Position numbers and translations under genes: made by a program | The notes under the pieces: generated by a model | What the model was told of the DNA's origin: nothing | Database searches by the model: none | The model's input: only the letters and a program-made list of their open reading frames with translations | NCBI GenBank assembly: GCA_030613575.1 | Contig: JAUWLP010000001.1 | Coordinates: 1 to 57,069 of the forward strand | Direction of reading: 5' to 3' | DNA: 57,069 nt | From: Desulfobacteraceae bacterium | Lineage (GTDB): Bacteria > Desulfobacterota > Desulfobacteria > Desulfobacterales > UBA11574 | In this document: in pieces, positions 56,837-57,069 of the stretch | Layout of the letters: the number at the start of each line of letters is the position of its first letter | Numbering within the stretch: the first letter of the stretch is position 1

Positions 56837-57014
56837 TGATGAATTTGACTATTTAGTGTCCATCCATAAACGGCATCTTTCGACCCCCGGCGGCGTTCTC
56901 GCTCGTTTTCAATCCTCGAAATAGCGCGCTATGCCTGCGGTTGAAAACTCGCTCGGGCCTTGCCGGAAACCAAAATTTACCATTTCTGGATGGACACTAT
57001 TTAGAAATTCATCA
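56837..57014. repeat. R4b: 178-bp MITE-like element with about 35-bp terminal inverted repeats
   Basis: Left TIR: tgatgaatttgactatttagtgtccatccataaacgg. Right TIR: ccatttctggatggacactatttagaaattcatca. The GC-rich palindromic core begins ggcggcgttctcgc and ends gggccttgcc, as in R4a. Confidence 0.8.
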
Positions 57015-57021
57015 AATTGTT

Positions 57022-57057
57022 CCCCACAAAAAAATAAAAACGGGCTTTCGCCCGTTT
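57022..57057 (-). terminator. Rho-independent terminator for a minus-strand gene lying beyond the right edge
   Basis: Stem aaacgggc / gcccgttt (57038-57057) with loop tttc. On the minus strand it is followed by ttatttttttgtgggg. Confidence 0.55.
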
Positions 57058-57069
57058 CTTCTAATACAG

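Overview
This is a chromosomal window of roughly 40-45% GC, judged by eye. Its gene content fits an anaerobic, sulfate-reducer-like deltaproteobacterium (Desulfobacterota), but that is inference only. Core content: (1) a minus-strand string rimP-nusA-infB-DUF503-rbfA-nrnA-truB-rpsO-pnp-M16 peptidase-dut-MBL hydrolase at 44.0-56.8 kb; (2) hisI-hisG-aminotransferase, engB-era, purN and an RNase II/R-family exoribonuclease; (3) a Tat-exported selenocysteine formate dehydrogenase FdhAB (in-frame UGA at 27081) preceded by a tetrahaem cytochrome c3; (4) a ychF-like/ydbH-ynbE-ydbL envelope operon. Accessory or unusual content: (i) at least four families of long palindromic intergenic repeats (R1-R4, about a dozen copies), with R1 copies bracketing single genes (a PilY1-like vWA adhesin and TraB); (ii) a single-gene GC-rich island (about 60% GC) encoding a GH17-GT2 NdvB-like beta-1,3-glucan synthase; (iii) a DUF134-DUF5320-DUF5320-MBL cluster plus a NifX-like protein with an Arg/Gly/Met repeat tail; (iv) an eroded defence-like islet (DUF45 peptidase, frameshifted SNase, YhcG fragment, orphan CbbQ/NorQ AAA+); (v) a stand-alone archaeal-type ThrRS editing domain and a GC-elevated GMP synthase PPase-only gene. 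No rRNA, tRNA or CRISPR array was recognised. All family assignments come from motif recognition by eye, not from database searches. GC values are rough hand counts on sample lines.
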